Part shown: positions 16,346 to 26,172 of the stretch, piece by piece
How positions within the stretch are numbered: the first letter of the stretch is position 1
Layout of the letters: every line of letters begins with the position of its first letter
Virus record (IMG/VR): IMGVR_UViG_3300037424_002275
Location: 1-44,209 of that record
Length of the DNA: 44,209 bases
Reading direction: 5' to 3' (one strand)
Origin: a virus
Taxonomy: Duplodnaviria > Caudoviricetes
The notes under the pieces: generated by a model
What the model was told of the DNA's origin: nothing
Database searches by the model: none
Seen by the model: only the letters and a program-made list of their open reading frames with translations
Translations under genes and position numbers: made by a program

Positions 16346-16613
16346 CCGGAGAGAACCCTTTCCTGACCCCCATGGGTCACCCTTTACTGGGGTCATGGGG
16401 CCGGTGGAGGTACAGGATCTGGAGCCTCACGAGATCAACCTGACGATCTCCGCTATCCAGAGGCGGCTTTACTCCCTGGCGAAATTGGGTATCCCGGCTT
16501 TGGAGAACGTGATGGATCTGCCCCTGGAGGCGTTTTACCCGCATTGTCAGGCTGAGGTCGCAGTCCTGCAGAAGGCCGGAGAGAAACTTTGCCGATTGAA
16601 TATGGAGCTTTAG
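16338..16613 (+). CDS. Hypothetical protein
   Basis: GGAG RBS before MCDRRE; overlaps both neighbours. Confidence 0.55.
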   Translation: MCDRREPFPDPHGSPFTGVMGPVEVQDLEPHEINLTISAIQRRLYSLAKLGIPALENVMDLPLEAFYPHCQAEVAVLQKAGEKLCRLNMEL

Positions 16614-18214
16614 AGAACAAGTCTCTGAACAAAAAACTCGGCAAGGCAGCCTTTCGGCGTCAGGCAGAGGAAATTTTAGGAATTCTGCGGAGCGAGTACG
16701 ACCCCTTCAAGAACGACACTCCGGAAGAACAGAAGCGGCGAAAACACCGGGCCCTGAGTGACCCGTTTTTCTTTTTACGGACCTACCTGCCGCACTACTG
16801 CCCGAACAAGTTTGCTCCCTTTCATTATGAGTTGGTGGCAGCCCTGGAGCGCCGGCCGACCCTGGGGGACTCCGCGGTGGTCCTGCCGGTGGCGAGGGTG
16901 GCCCCCCGGGACTTCGCTAAAACCACGATCACCTCCTTTGGCTACGTCCTGCATCAGATTTGTTTCAAACTGAGGCACTTCATCGTCCTGACGTCCGACA
17001 CTCAGGATCTCGCTTCTGACCTTACGGGTTACATCTACCTGGAGCTCTGCTTCAACGAGCGCATCAAGCATGATTTTGGAAAACTCGTGCGGGATAATTG
17101 GGCAGTGGAGGCCTTCACGACCCTGAACGACGTGCGCATCCTCTCCAGGGGCAAGGGGCAGCGGTTCCGGGGTATCAAGCACAAACAGCATCGCCCGGAC
17201 CTGATCATCCTGGACGACCTGGAAAACGACGCCAGCGCCCGGAACCCAAAGCGGTGTGACGACCTGCTCAGGTGGATCAAGGGGACGGTCTACAACGCTA
17301 TCGATCCCCGGGGCAACCTGTTCATCGTGGGCACGCTTCTGAGTCAAAAAAGCGCCCTGGCGAGCATCGCCCTATCGAAAGATGAGCCGTTTTGTCATTG
17401 GGACCGGAAAGTCTACCGGGCGATCACAGACGAAAACGAATCTCTCTGGCCTGACAAGTTCCCCATGGAAATGCTGGAAGAACAGCGGCTGATGATGGGG
17501 ACCGTGGCTTTCAACCGGGAAAAGATGAATTTCCCCGAACAAGAAGGCGGTTACTTCCGGGATGAGTGGTTTCAATACTACACCGTTGACGATTTGATCG
17601 ACGTTGATGGTAAACCAAAAGAACTTCTGGTGTGCTGTTGGTTTGACCCCTCACTTGAAACCGGTTCCCAACACGACTTTAAAGCCTACGTTACAGTGGG
17701 CTACTCACAGGCCGAAAATATTTTCTACTGTCTGGACGCCTATATCAAGCAGGTTAGCCTTGAAATTGCCGTGCAACTCTCTTTATCGCTGCACCTGATC
17801 TATAAATTTTTAGTCCTGGGCGTAGAGTCCAACCTATTCCAACGCCTGCTCATCAAAGAATTCGATGCTGTAGCTAAAAAAGCAGGTGTGCCGTTACCAG
17901 TGCAGGGGATAGTCAATCATCTGAACAAGGAAGTTCGGGTAGCGGGACTATCCCCTTTGGTGGAGCGGGGGCAGATTAAATTTCGCAAAGGGCACTCCGA
18001 TCAAGATTTGCTGGTAGAGCAACTTTCCTTTTTCCCCAACAAATCCTTTCACGATGATGGCCCCGACGCCCTGGAAGGGGCGGTACGGCTGGCGACTTCC
18101 TTTGCATTGCCAATTATAGACGTGGTGGTGCTTCCTGACCGGCGTTCATATCGTCCCGGAGCCTACAAGGAATACACTAGCTTTGATGGAGTAGCCCAAG
18201 GAGTGATCCATTGA
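16589..18214 (+). CDS. terL: Terminase large subunit
   Basis: APRDFAKTT Walker A, RPDLIILDDLE Walker B, VGT coupling motif, FDPS and HDDGPDALE nuclease motifs. Confidence 0.93.
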   Translation: MPIEYGALENKSLNKKLGKAAFRRQAEEILGILRSEYDPFKNDTPEEQKRRKHRALSDPFFFLRTYLPHYCPNKFAPFHYELVAALERRPTLGDSAVVLPVARVAPRDFAKTTITSFGYVLHQICFKLRHFIVLTSDTQDLASDLTGYIYLELCFNERIKHDFGKLVRDNWAVEAFTTLNDVRILSRGKGQRFRGIKHKQHRPDLIILDDLENDASARNPKRCDDLLRWIKGTVYNAIDPRGNLFIVGTLLSQKSALASIALSKDEPFCHWDRKVYRAITDENESLWPDKFPMEMLEEQRLMMGTVAFNREKMNFPEQEGGYFRDEWFQYYTVDDLIDVDGKPKELLVCCWFDPSLETGSQHDFKAYVTVGYSQAENIFYCLDAYIKQVSLEIAVQLSLSLHLIYKFLVLGVESNLFQRLLIKEFDAVAKKAGVPLPVQGIVNHLNKEVRVAGLSPLVERGQIKFRKGHSDQDLLVEQLSFFPNKSFHDDGPDALEGAVRLATSFALPIIDVVVLPDRRSYRPGAYKEYTSFDGVAQGVIH

Positions 18215-19548
18215 ACCTTATTACCCGGATTAAAAATGCCATTACTGTCTTTCGTGAGGGACTTCCAACGGTCGATCTTGACGATGATGCCTGGAGCCGG
18301 ATAACTGGCGATGCATCCCGTGACTTATCCCCCTATCTCCATGAGCGTGCGCAGCAAATAGCCTACTTCCTGTTTGAACGCAACCCCATGGCGAAACGCA
18401 TGATCAATATGACCTCTGAGTACATCATTTCGGAGGGGGTAAAAACCGAAGCGGAAGACACGGAGTTACAGGAGTTTCTTGACGACTTCCAAACTCTCAA
18501 CGACCTGGAAACCCGTTGGGAGGACTACAGTAAAGAGCTTGGGCTTTGGGGTGAGCAATGTTTCCAAGCATTCGTTAATCAAACTAACGGGCGTATTCGC
18601 CTGGGCTACCATGATCCCGGGACTATCAAGGATGTTGTGCTGAATAAACAGAACGTCCTCCAAATCGACAAAATTGTTCTCCGGGGCAATCCTGAGCGCA
18701 CCCTGGCCCCGGTGACCAAACTGGACCTGGGGCAGTCTGAGGGGGTAAACGGATCTTTCTATATTGGCGACACCTTCTTTTTCAAGGTGAACTCGGTGAT
18801 CAAGGCCTCCAGAGGCCGGAGTGACATCTTCGCCGCTGCCGACTTCTTCGATCTGGTGAGTCAATTCGTTTTCTCACGGGGAGAAAGGTCCATCTTTGGC
18901 AACGCTTTTTTTTGGGACTGCAAGGTGGAGGGAGCTCAACAGCCTGAAATTGATGCTCTGGCCAAAAAGGTAGGTGTTCCAAGGCCGGGCTCAACGCGAT
19001 TCCATAACGAAAAGACATCATGGTCGGCGGTCACTCCAGACCTCAAGGCACACGACGCCTCGTATGACGCGAAGCTGCTCAAAAACTATTGTCTGGGCTC
19101 CCAGGGGTTCCCTGAACACTTCTTCGGTTCCGCTGAGGACGTGAACAAGGCGGTGGCCAGTGAAATGCACGAGCCGGTGGTCAAGATGCTCACCCGGCGC
19201 CAACTGGTAATCAAGGGAGCCTGGAAAAAAATTCACGACTTCGCTATCGATAAAGGCATCGCCTACGGTTCTCTGCGACCAAACATCAACCGAAAATACG
19301 ACCTCTATTTCCCGGAACTCTCTGCGGCTGATATGCAGAAGACCGGCTTGACCATGCTTTACCTGGCGCAGTCTCTGGCCATGGCGGAAAAACGTGGCTG
19401 GATCGACGGCAAGAAAGCCGCCAAGGTCTACTGCGGGGTGGCTTCCACCTTCGGGCCGAACGTCGAACCGGAAGAAAACCCCAAACCGCTCCCGGAAGAA
19501 AAACCGCAGAAAGACTTAAAACCTCCCAAAGTACAGGTGGTTAAATGA
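18211..19548 (+). CDS. Portal protein
   Basis: Follows TerL; 445 aa; LFERNPMAKR, LWGE, RGRSD, GFPEHFFG. Confidence 0.85.
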   Translation: MNLITRIKNAITVFREGLPTVDLDDDAWSRITGDASRDLSPYLHERAQQIAYFLFERNPMAKRMINMTSEYIISEGVKTEAEDTELQEFLDDFQTLNDLETRWEDYSKELGLWGEQCFQAFVNQTNGRIRLGYHDPGTIKDVVLNKQNVLQIDKIVLRGNPERTLAPVTKLDLGQSEGVNGSFYIGDTFFFKVNSVIKASRGRSDIFAAADFFDLVSQFVFSRGERSIFGNAFFWDCKVEGAQQPEIDALAKKVGVPRPGSTRFHNEKTSWSAVTPDLKAHDASYDAKLLKNYCLGSQGFPEHFFGSAEDVNKAVASEMHEPVVKMLTRRQLVIKGAWKKIHDFAIDKGIAYGSLRPNINRKYDLYFPELSAADMQKTGLTMLYLAQSLAMAEKRGWIDGKKAAKVYCGVASTFGPNVEPEENPKPLPEEKPQKDLKPPKVQVVK

Positions 19549-21692
19549 AAAACGACAAACCTTTCCGTATTCTCCTGGCGGAAAACGACCAGACGCCCGG
19601 CAACCTGTTTATCGAGGGTGAAGTCGCCACCCTCATCGAAGCCAAGGAAGGCGAGGCTACCGGGCGGTCCTGGGACGTGGTGCTTATCCGTCCGGGGAAG
19701 TCAAAGAACCAGACCTACTACCCTGAGGCGGTCCTGCAGAAAGCCGCCAACCTCTTTGAGGGCGCCCCGGCCCTGGCCCGGTCAGACGATGAACACTCCT
19801 GGGACAGCAACCGCTCGGTGAAGAACATCGTCGGGATCTACTCGGAAGTGGCTTACCGGGAAGGGGCCTTGCGGGGGAAGTTGACGATCCTGGAAGATGG
19901 CGCCTGGATGCACAACAAAATGGTGGAGGCCCGGGCCCTGGGAAGCCAGAACCTGTTCGGCCTGTCCATCGTCGCCGGGGGCACCGCCACCATCAAGAAA
20001 CACAAAGGCGAAATGGTTCGCTACGTTGAATCCATCGACAGGGTTTCCTCCGTCGATCCGGTTATTAACCCCGCCGCAGGAGGCCGGTTCGTAAAACTGG
20101 CTGCGGCCGAAAACGCCTCTCTGGAAGGAGAAATCGAGATGCTGAAAAAGTGGTTGAAACTCATCGAGGCCAAACGGCCCGACCTGCTTAAGGGGAAGGA
20201 CCTGGAGGCTATCACCGAAGCCGAGATCATGGCCCTGGCTGGCCAGTGCATGCTCACCGAAGCGGAGATCACCGCGGCCAAGGAACCCCCCAAAAAGGAA
20301 CCGGAAGCCAAGAAGGTTGGCCTCACCGAGGCCGAGACCCGGTTGGCCGAAGCTGAAAAGCGTTTCACCTGCCGGATGCTCCTGGGCGAGAAGCTGGCCG
20401 AGTGCAAGCTGCCCCCGGCAACCGTGACCCGCATTCGGGCGAACTTCGACGGCAAGATCTTCACCGAAGCCGAACTGGACGCCGGGATCAAGGCCGAACG
20501 GGACTACCTGGCCATCTTCGACAAGAGCGGCCAGATCTCCGGGGCCGGCGGGCCGGCTGCGGGCGGGATGGCCGAGCAGGACCGGAAGAAAGCCGGCGTC
20601 CTCGGGTTCTTCATGCGGGAAGCGCAGAAAGTGGGCGACGAGCTGGTGCCCCCTTACCGCTCCGTCAAGGAGATGTACCAGGAGATCACCGGCGACCGCT
20701 ACATCACCGGCTTGCTCCGGGAAGCCACTCACCTCCGTGAAATGGGCCAGGCGCAGTTCGGCGCCATGTTCCACGAATCCATGATCTCCACCACCCTGTC
20801 TGACATCCTCTACGATGCGATGCACAAGAAGATGATCGCTGACTACCGGATGCCCGGCATGGAACAGTGGAAGCTCCTGGTGAGCGATATCGTGCCGGTG
20901 CAGGACTTCCGCACCAACTACCGCGGGCGCATGGGCGGGTACTCCGATCTGCCGGACGTGGCGGAACGGGGCGACTACCTCCCCCTGACTTCCCCGGGTG
21001 ATGAGAAGGCCTCCTACGCCATCACCAAACGGGGTGGCACCGAGGACATCACCATTGAAATGATCGCCAATGACGACGTGGGCGCCGTCCGGAAGATCCC
21101 CGAACGCCTGGCCCTCGCCGCCAAATCCACGCTGTTCAACTTCGTCATGTCCCTGATGACCGACAACCCGACCTGCACCTACGACAGCGCCGCTCTGTTC
21201 GTGGCGGCCGGTCATGCCAACTACTCGGCTTCCGGCCTGAGTCTGTCCGCCGCTTCCCTGAACACGATTCGGATCGCCATGCGGAGCCAGACCCCCTACG
21301 GCCAGACCAACATCCCCCTGGGGATCGTCCCCAAGTTCCTGTGGATTCCGAACGAACTGGAAGACCTGGCGAACAAGCTCTGTAACGCCATGGTCAACCT
21401 GATCTCGAACGGCACCACGGAAAACAGCGATATGCCGAACCTGCACCATGGGATTAAACCCGTGGTGATGGACATCTGGACCGACGCCGACGACTTCTAC
21501 GTCAGCGGCCCCCGGGAGAACCCCATGATCGAGTTGGGCTTCTTCCAGGGCCGGGAAGAGCCGGAACTGTTCCTGCAGTCGGCTCCCACGTCCGGCTCGA
21601 TGTTCCTGGCCGACAAACTGACCTGGAAGATCCGGCACATCTACGGTGGCCACTGGCTGGATCACCGGAACGTCTACTACTCCAAAGTCTAA
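19545..21692 (+). CDS. Prohead protease-scaffold-major capsid fusion (Mu gpT-like capsid)
   Basis: N-terminal protease-like region (GKSKNQTYYP, GLSI, SVDPVINPAAGG), helical scaffold, capsid motifs (ITIEMIANDDVGA, PKFLWIPNELE, KIRHIYG). Confidence 0.88.
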   Translation: MKNDKPFRILLAENDQTPGNLFIEGEVATLIEAKEGEATGRSWDVVLIRPGKSKNQTYYPEAVLQKAANLFEGAPALARSDDEHSWDSNRSVKNIVGIYSEVAYREGALRGKLTILEDGAWMHNKMVEARALGSQNLFGLSIVAGGTATIKKHKGEMVRYVESIDRVSSVDPVINPAAGGRFVKLAAAENASLEGEIEMLKKWLKLIEAKRPDLLKGKDLEAITEAEIMALAGQCMLTEAEITAAKEPPKKEPEAKKVGLTEAETRLAEAEKRFTCRMLLGEKLAECKLPPATVTRIRANFDGKIFTEAELDAGIKAERDYLAIFDKSGQISGAGGPAAGGMAEQDRKKAGVLGFFMREAQKVGDELVPPYRSVKEMYQEITGDRYITGLLREATHLREMGQAQFGAMFHESMISTTLSDILYDAMHKKMIADYRMPGMEQWKLLVSDIVPVQDFRTNYRGRMGGYSDLPDVAERGDYLPLTSPGDEKASYAITKRGGTEDITIEMIANDDVGAVRKIPERLALAAKSTLFNFVMSLMTDNPTCTYDSAALFVAAGHANYSASGLSLSAASLNTIRIAMRSQTPYGQTNIPLGIVPKFLWIPNELEDLANKLCNAMVNLISNGTTENSDMPNLHHGIKPVVMDIWTDADDFYVSGPRENPMIELGFFQGREEPELFLQSAPTSGSMFLADKLTWKIRHIYGGHWLDHRNVYYSKV

Positions 21693-21704
21693 CCGCTAAC
21701 CCCG

Positions 21705-21727
21705 GGGCCTCCGGGCCCCTTCTTTCC
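21705..21727 (+). terminator. Hairpin/terminator after capsid gene
   Basis: GGGGCC-TCCG-GGCCCC-TTTCTTT. Confidence 0.5.
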
Positions 21728-21746
21728 ACTTTGAAGGAGAACTACC

Positions 21747-22175
21747 ATGGCAAAGACTCTTCACGGCGACCGCATGGCCGGCTTCAAACTGCCGGTCAAC
21801 CTGGGGCAGTTGGCTTCCGGCGCCACCAACACGACTCAAGATGAAGCCAGGTTTGTAGCGCCTCATGACATGAAACTGGAAGCCGCTTACGCCATTTTTA
21901 TTGCGGCTTTGACTGGTGGCCATGCCACGAACTACACCAAGTTTAAGCTCATTAATGTCGGGACTGCCGGGGCCGGCACGGTTGAGATGGCCAGCTTGTC
22001 GTTTACCTCTGGTATCACCGTGGCCGCCGACACTCCCAAGGCTTTCACCCTGAACACCACCGCTGCAAACCTGTTGCTGTCTGCGGGTGAAGCAGTGCAA
22101 TTGGTAGCCTTGCCTCTGGAATCGGGCTTGGCTTATCCCATCGGCAATTTCAGCGCTCATTTCACCATGCAGTAG
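21747..22175 (+). CDS. Putative capsid decoration/cement protein
   Basis: Position after capsid; Ala/Thr/Gly-rich beta composition. Confidence 0.55.
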   Translation: MAKTLHGDRMAGFKLPVNLGQLASGATNTTQDEARFVAPHDMKLEAAYAIFIAALTGGHATNYTKFKLINVGTAGAGTVEMASLSFTSGITVAADTPKAFTLNTTAANLLLSAGEAVQLVALPLESGLAYPIGNFSAHFTMQ

Positions 22176-22187
22176 GAAAGGGTCACG

Positions 22188-22685
22188 ATGATTCGTTGCC
22201 TAAATTTAGGGTGCGGGGATAACGTCAAACCTTCTACGGAAGAGGTAGTCTGGACGAATCTTGACCGGACCACCCGGGAGGGCGTGGACGCTGTGGGAGA
22301 TCTGGAAAACGGTCTGCCGATGTTCGAAGATAACCATTTCGATTTCGTGCTGGCCTCCCACGTCCTGGAGCATGTTCAAAATTTCCTGCCCTTAATGCGG
22401 GAGATTCATCGTATCCTCAAGCCGGGGGGGACACTGGTGGCCAAGGTGCCAGAGTTCCCCTGCCGGGCTGCCGTAGCCGACCCGACGCATGTCCGGTTCT
22501 TCGTGCCGGAAACCTTTACCCACTTCGTCAAGCACTGCATGGGATTTGACACGGGCGGGCTTGCCGGCCTGTTTGAACTACTCTGGCTGGAAAGCACGGC
22601 CCATGACCGGCCCCAGATTGACCGGGGAAAAATCGGACAATATTTCACCGAGATCCACTGCGAACTCAGAAAGGCGGCAGCATGA
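22188..22685 (+). CDS. SAM-dependent methyltransferase (class I, type 11-like)
   Basis: LNLGCG, FDFVLASHVLEH, EIHRILKPGG, DPTH. Confidence 0.88.
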   Translation: MIRCLNLGCGDNVKPSTEEVVWTNLDRTTREGVDAVGDLENGLPMFEDNHFDFVLASHVLEHVQNFLPLMREIHRILKPGGTLVAKVPEFPCRAAVADPTHVRFFVPETFTHFVKHCMGFDTGGLAGLFELLWLESTAHDRPQIDRGKIGQYFTEIHCELRKAAA

Positions 22686-23707
22686 AGGTTCTCCTGATTC
22701 GAGGCGGCAAAGGTATTGGCGATTTGCTGTTCACTACGCCGATCCCGAGACTGCTTCATGAGCAAGGACACACGGTAGATGTGGCGGTGCACCCTGAAAA
22801 CGAAGCGGTCTACCTCCATAACCCGCACGTTGGCGCCCTGGTCCCCTACCCAACCCAGGAAAGCGACTACGTTCCCTGGCAAGATCAGGTGGTCAATGCC
22901 TATGACCTAATCCTCCCCCTGGGGGAAAGCCTGGAGAAGAAATACCTGCATCGGACTGATGCTTTTTTCGGCCCGGTCCCCTCTTTGGAAGAACGCCGGG
23001 CGGCGGCGGCCGGCAAGAACTACATCAACGAGACGGTCAAGTTGGCCGGGTTCGAACCGGAGCCGGACGGCTACTTTCTGCCGGAACTCTACCCTTCCAA
23101 AGAAGAAGCGGAAATCTTGAACCGCTATCGTGACGAGATTAAGGCCAGCGGCAAAAAGATCATCTTCTGGAATCTTGCGGGGTCCACGAAAAATAAAACC
23201 ATCGTGAAAGGATTCAAATATATCGAGGCGGTGCTGGCCCAGGTACCCGACTCTTTCCATTGGATCGTTAACGGGCGCCATTGCGTTGCGGCCAATATGC
23301 CGAATGACCCCCGAGTACAGCAATCCGCCTGGGACCTCAGAACCTCCATGTTGCTCACGGGACTGGTGGACGTGGTGGTAGGCCCTGAATCGGCTCTCGT
23401 GAACGCTGCTGGGGCTTACGACACACCCAAAGTGATCCTCTATTCGCACTCTGCGCCGGAAAACCTGGGGGCCGGATACAAAAACCACTATCCGGTTTGC
23501 CCGGAGTGCGATTGCCACCCCTGTTACCTGCTAACCCTGGAATGGTTCGATCTTTGGGACCCTGTAGCCAGGAACCTGGCCCGCCAACAAGACCTGCTGT
23601 GCCGATATAAGACTTTTGGCGACCCCTACCGTTCCATGGGCTATCACTGCACCTGGACCCTGCCGGACAAGCAAATTATCGATACCGTTGTCAAAATTTT
23701 GACATAG
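22682..23707 (+). CDS. Glycosyltransferase family 9 (heptosyltransferase-like, GT-B)
   Basis: KVLLIRGGKGIGDLLFTTP, HNPHV, VVGPESALVNAAGA, CHPCY. Confidence 0.85.
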   Translation: MKVLLIRGGKGIGDLLFTTPIPRLLHEQGHTVDVAVHPENEAVYLHNPHVGALVPYPTQESDYVPWQDQVVNAYDLILPLGESLEKKYLHRTDAFFGPVPSLEERRAAAAGKNYINETVKLAGFEPEPDGYFLPELYPSKEEAEILNRYRDEIKASGKKIIFWNLAGSTKNKTIVKGFKYIEAVLAQVPDSFHWIVNGRHCVAANMPNDPRVQQSAWDLRTSMLLTGLVDVVVGPESALVNAAGAYDTPKVILYSHSAPENLGAGYKNHYPVCPECDCHPCYLLTLEWFDLWDPVARNLARQQDLLCRYKTFGDPYRSMGYHCTWTLPDKQIIDTVVKILT

Positions 23708-23717
23708 GGAGACCACT

Positions 23718-24050
23718 ATGCTCTACGAACCGATTTATGAATTGACCCCTGGGGCTTATGAAAAATTAACCGTGAGCACCGATGTGGTTTCGCCTGCTGC
23801 TGGCACTTTGAAACCCACCACGGGTCCTTTTGCTGGCCAACACGCCCAGGCGATCATGATCACTGTTGAGGGAACCGCCGCCAAAGGCGTTCGCTTCAAA
23901 CAAGATGGCGGTGTTGTTTCGGCAACTGATGGTCACCTACTACTCACTGGTGACGTCCTGGTTATTGCTGGCCTCCAAGCACTAAAAAATCTGCAATTTA
24001 TCCGGGCGAGTGACGCGGATAACGTGCTTCACATGACAAGTTATTTCTAA
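23718..24050 (+). CDS. Putative virion protein
   Basis: Beta-rich; ITVEG..VRF..DG motif; in the structural operon. Confidence 0.6.
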   Translation: MLYEPIYELTPGAYEKLTVSTDVVSPAAGTLKPTTGPFAGQHAQAIMITVEGTAAKGVRFKQDGGVVSATDGHLLLTGDVLVIAGLQALKNLQFIRASDADNVLHMTSYF

Positions 24051-24061
24051 AGGGGGTTACG

Positions 24062-24637
24062 ATGCTTACTCGCCATGCAAGTGTAAATTTGCCTACTGAA
24101 CAAGATATCAAGGCAACTTTTGAGGCCTTCAAAAAAGCAAATCCGTCTCTTAACGCCTCCAAACTTTCCGAGGCCAAGGACGGTTTGATTCCTTTCCTGG
24201 GATTCTGTTTCGGAATCTTCGATGTCTACCAGATCCTCTTGCTGGGCATCGAGATCAAAAAGAAACAGTCTGACTACCAGGACGGCATCAAAACCCTGGA
24301 AGAGAAACAGGTTGCCCTCGCCGCCTCTCTGGAGGTCGCCCAAAAAGATTATGACCTGTCAATTTCGGTCATGGCACAGGAATTGGTTTTCAAAAAGACC
24401 TCTTTCGAGAACGAGAAGAAAATCCTGGATGCACAAATCTCTGACCTTGAGGGTCAAGTGGTGGACTTGCAAAAAAACCTGGCCAAACAAAAAACCGTTT
24501 ATGAGACCGAGGCCATGGCATCCCTCCAGGCCAAGAACAATGAACTATCCAGGATTCAGGAAGAAATCGCCACTGCCGAAACAAAACTCGCCAAAACCCA
24601 AAAAGCTTTCGACAACCTGAAAGCGAAATTGGAGTAA
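24062..24637 (+). CDS. Coiled-coil protein
   Basis: Long heptad pattern. Confidence 0.65.
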   Translation: MLTRHASVNLPTEQDIKATFEAFKKANPSLNASKLSEAKDGLIPFLGFCFGIFDVYQILLLGIEIKKKQSDYQDGIKTLEEKQVALAASLEVAQKDYDLSISVMAQELVFKKTSFENEKKILDAQISDLEGQVVDLQKNLAKQKTVYETEAMASLQAKNNELSRIQEEIATAETKLAKTQKAFDNLKAKLE

Positions 24638-24640
24638 CCA

Positions 24641-25288
24641 ATGGCAGCAATAGATACCATCGAAGTCCTGGATAATCTCCAATTCCAGCATCTTGACACG
24701 GCGGACATTTATACCGTTCATGCCGACGGAATGGCGGGGGAATCAGTTAAGACCCATGCAATTACTCTCCCGGCTATGGATATTTTGGCCGCCCGGGTCA
24801 TCATCAATAACAACTACGGCGCCACTGGTTCGCAGGTCCATGCACGGGTCAGGCTTACCGGAGCAACCTCTATCAATGGTTTGGTGAAATCTCAGAGCGT
24901 CCAGCCTCTTGAATGGACTGCTGTTGCCCTGGGAGCTGCGGTTGAGAGTGCCGATATTGACCTAACCGATTTTTACTCAGCACTGCTCCATGTGGATATT
25001 GCCATCACTGGTACCACGGCGCACCTGGGAACGGAAATCATCGTTCAAATCCGCAAAGAGGCGACCGTAGACGAATGGACGGAGTGGGCCAGGCTGGTAA
25101 GTTGTTCCGGGTTGACGGCCTTTAAAACTGACGTGCTCTCAACCGCCAACGCCGGGCAAAAGGTTATTCCGGTGAATAACCCCACCGCCGGAAACCTGAA
25201 TCATATTATGAAAAACATCTTTATCCTGGACGCAACGGTAGCCAACTCTGAAATTTGTTTCCAAACGGCTTGTGGGGCGGATGCGTAA
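24641..25288 (+). CDS. Putative virion protein
   Basis: GGAG RBS; beta-rich. Confidence 0.6.
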   Translation: MAAIDTIEVLDNLQFQHLDTADIYTVHADGMAGESVKTHAITLPAMDILAARVIINNNYGATGSQVHARVRLTGATSINGLVKSQSVQPLEWTAVALGAAVESADIDLTDFYSALLHVDIAITGTTAHLGTEIIVQIRKEATVDEWTEWARLVSCSGLTAFKTDVLSTANAGQKVIPVNNPTAGNLNHIMKNIFILDATVANSEICFQTACGADA

Positions 25289-26160
25289 TGATCCTTTTCC
25301 CCTACCAGAAACCACCTATCGGCTCAAGACTAAATCAGGGGCACCCCCTCGCTAAAGGCTTGGTAGGCTGCTGGCTAATGAACGAAATGTCGGGCGACCG
25401 GGTATGGGACTACTCCGGTCAGGGCAATCACGGCACCTGCATAAATATGTCGCCTCAGTCACCCACCTCCGGCTGGGGTCCGGGGCCGCATGGGGGGGCG
25501 CTGGGGTTTGATGGGAGCAATGATTATATTTCAGTAGCAGGAGAACCCTTATTTGCATCAATAAATGGGCTAACTGCAATAGCATGGGTAAAAACAACTA
25601 CCACAGGTAAGGTAATATTAGACAAAGGGATAAGTAGTTTGTATGACTCCTACCAATTATATATCTCAAGTGGTAAAGTTAGATTCTATATAACACTTAA
25701 TACAAATCAAGACAAGTATATTACTGGCGCAACGTCGATAGTTGACGGATTGTTGCATCAATTAGTTGGAGTTTGGAACGGTTCCAATATCTATTTTTAT
25801 TTAGATGGGAAGTCTGACAAAACACCAGTTGCGGCTTCTGGAACTATGCAATACAATACAACACAACCGCTTATTATTGGTAGAAATGGGTTACTTCTTC
25901 CAGCAAACTCGTATGTTGGCAATTTATCCTCCGTCTCCATTTACAACCGTGCCCTATCCGCCGAGGAAATCGCCTATCTCTACTCCTTTCCTTACTGTAT
26001 GTTTGAACAACCGGCTTACCCGGCCTGGATGGTGCCAGAATCATTACTATTTAAACCACTATCTTTCCCAAATAAGGAATTGGTTCAGCAATGCAGAAGT
26101 ATTAATACAATGTCTATTAATTCAAGAATAAACAAAGAACAAGTTTTGCAACGCCGATAA
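25288..26160 (+). CDS. LamG/concanavalin A-like domain protein
   Basis: GLVGCWLMNE..G..DYSG.GN.GT, FDGSNDYI, HQLVGVWNG, SIYNRALSAEEI. Confidence 0.88.
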   Translation: MILFPYQKPPIGSRLNQGHPLAKGLVGCWLMNEMSGDRVWDYSGQGNHGTCINMSPQSPTSGWGPGPHGGALGFDGSNDYISVAGEPLFASINGLTAIAWVKTTTTGKVILDKGISSLYDSYQLYISSGKVRFYITLNTNQDKYITGATSIVDGLLHQLVGVWNGSNIYFYLDGKSDKTPVAASGTMQYNTTQPLIIGRNGLLLPANSYVGNLSSVSIYNRALSAEEIAYLYSFPYCMFEQPAYPAWMVPESLLFKPLSFPNKELVQQCRSINTMSINSRINKEQVLQRR

Positions 26161-26172
26161 GACGAGGTTACC

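Noticed and set aside
19782-21665. 627-aa antisense ORF, and similar shadow ORFs opposite int, DUF932 and ParB
   Set aside because: Expected by-product of high-GC3 codon usage on the sense strand; no motifs or RBS.
15383-21692. Transposable Mu-like phage
   Set aside because: Head genes are Mu-like, but there is no DDE transposase or MuB; integration is by a tyrosine integrase at a tRNA.
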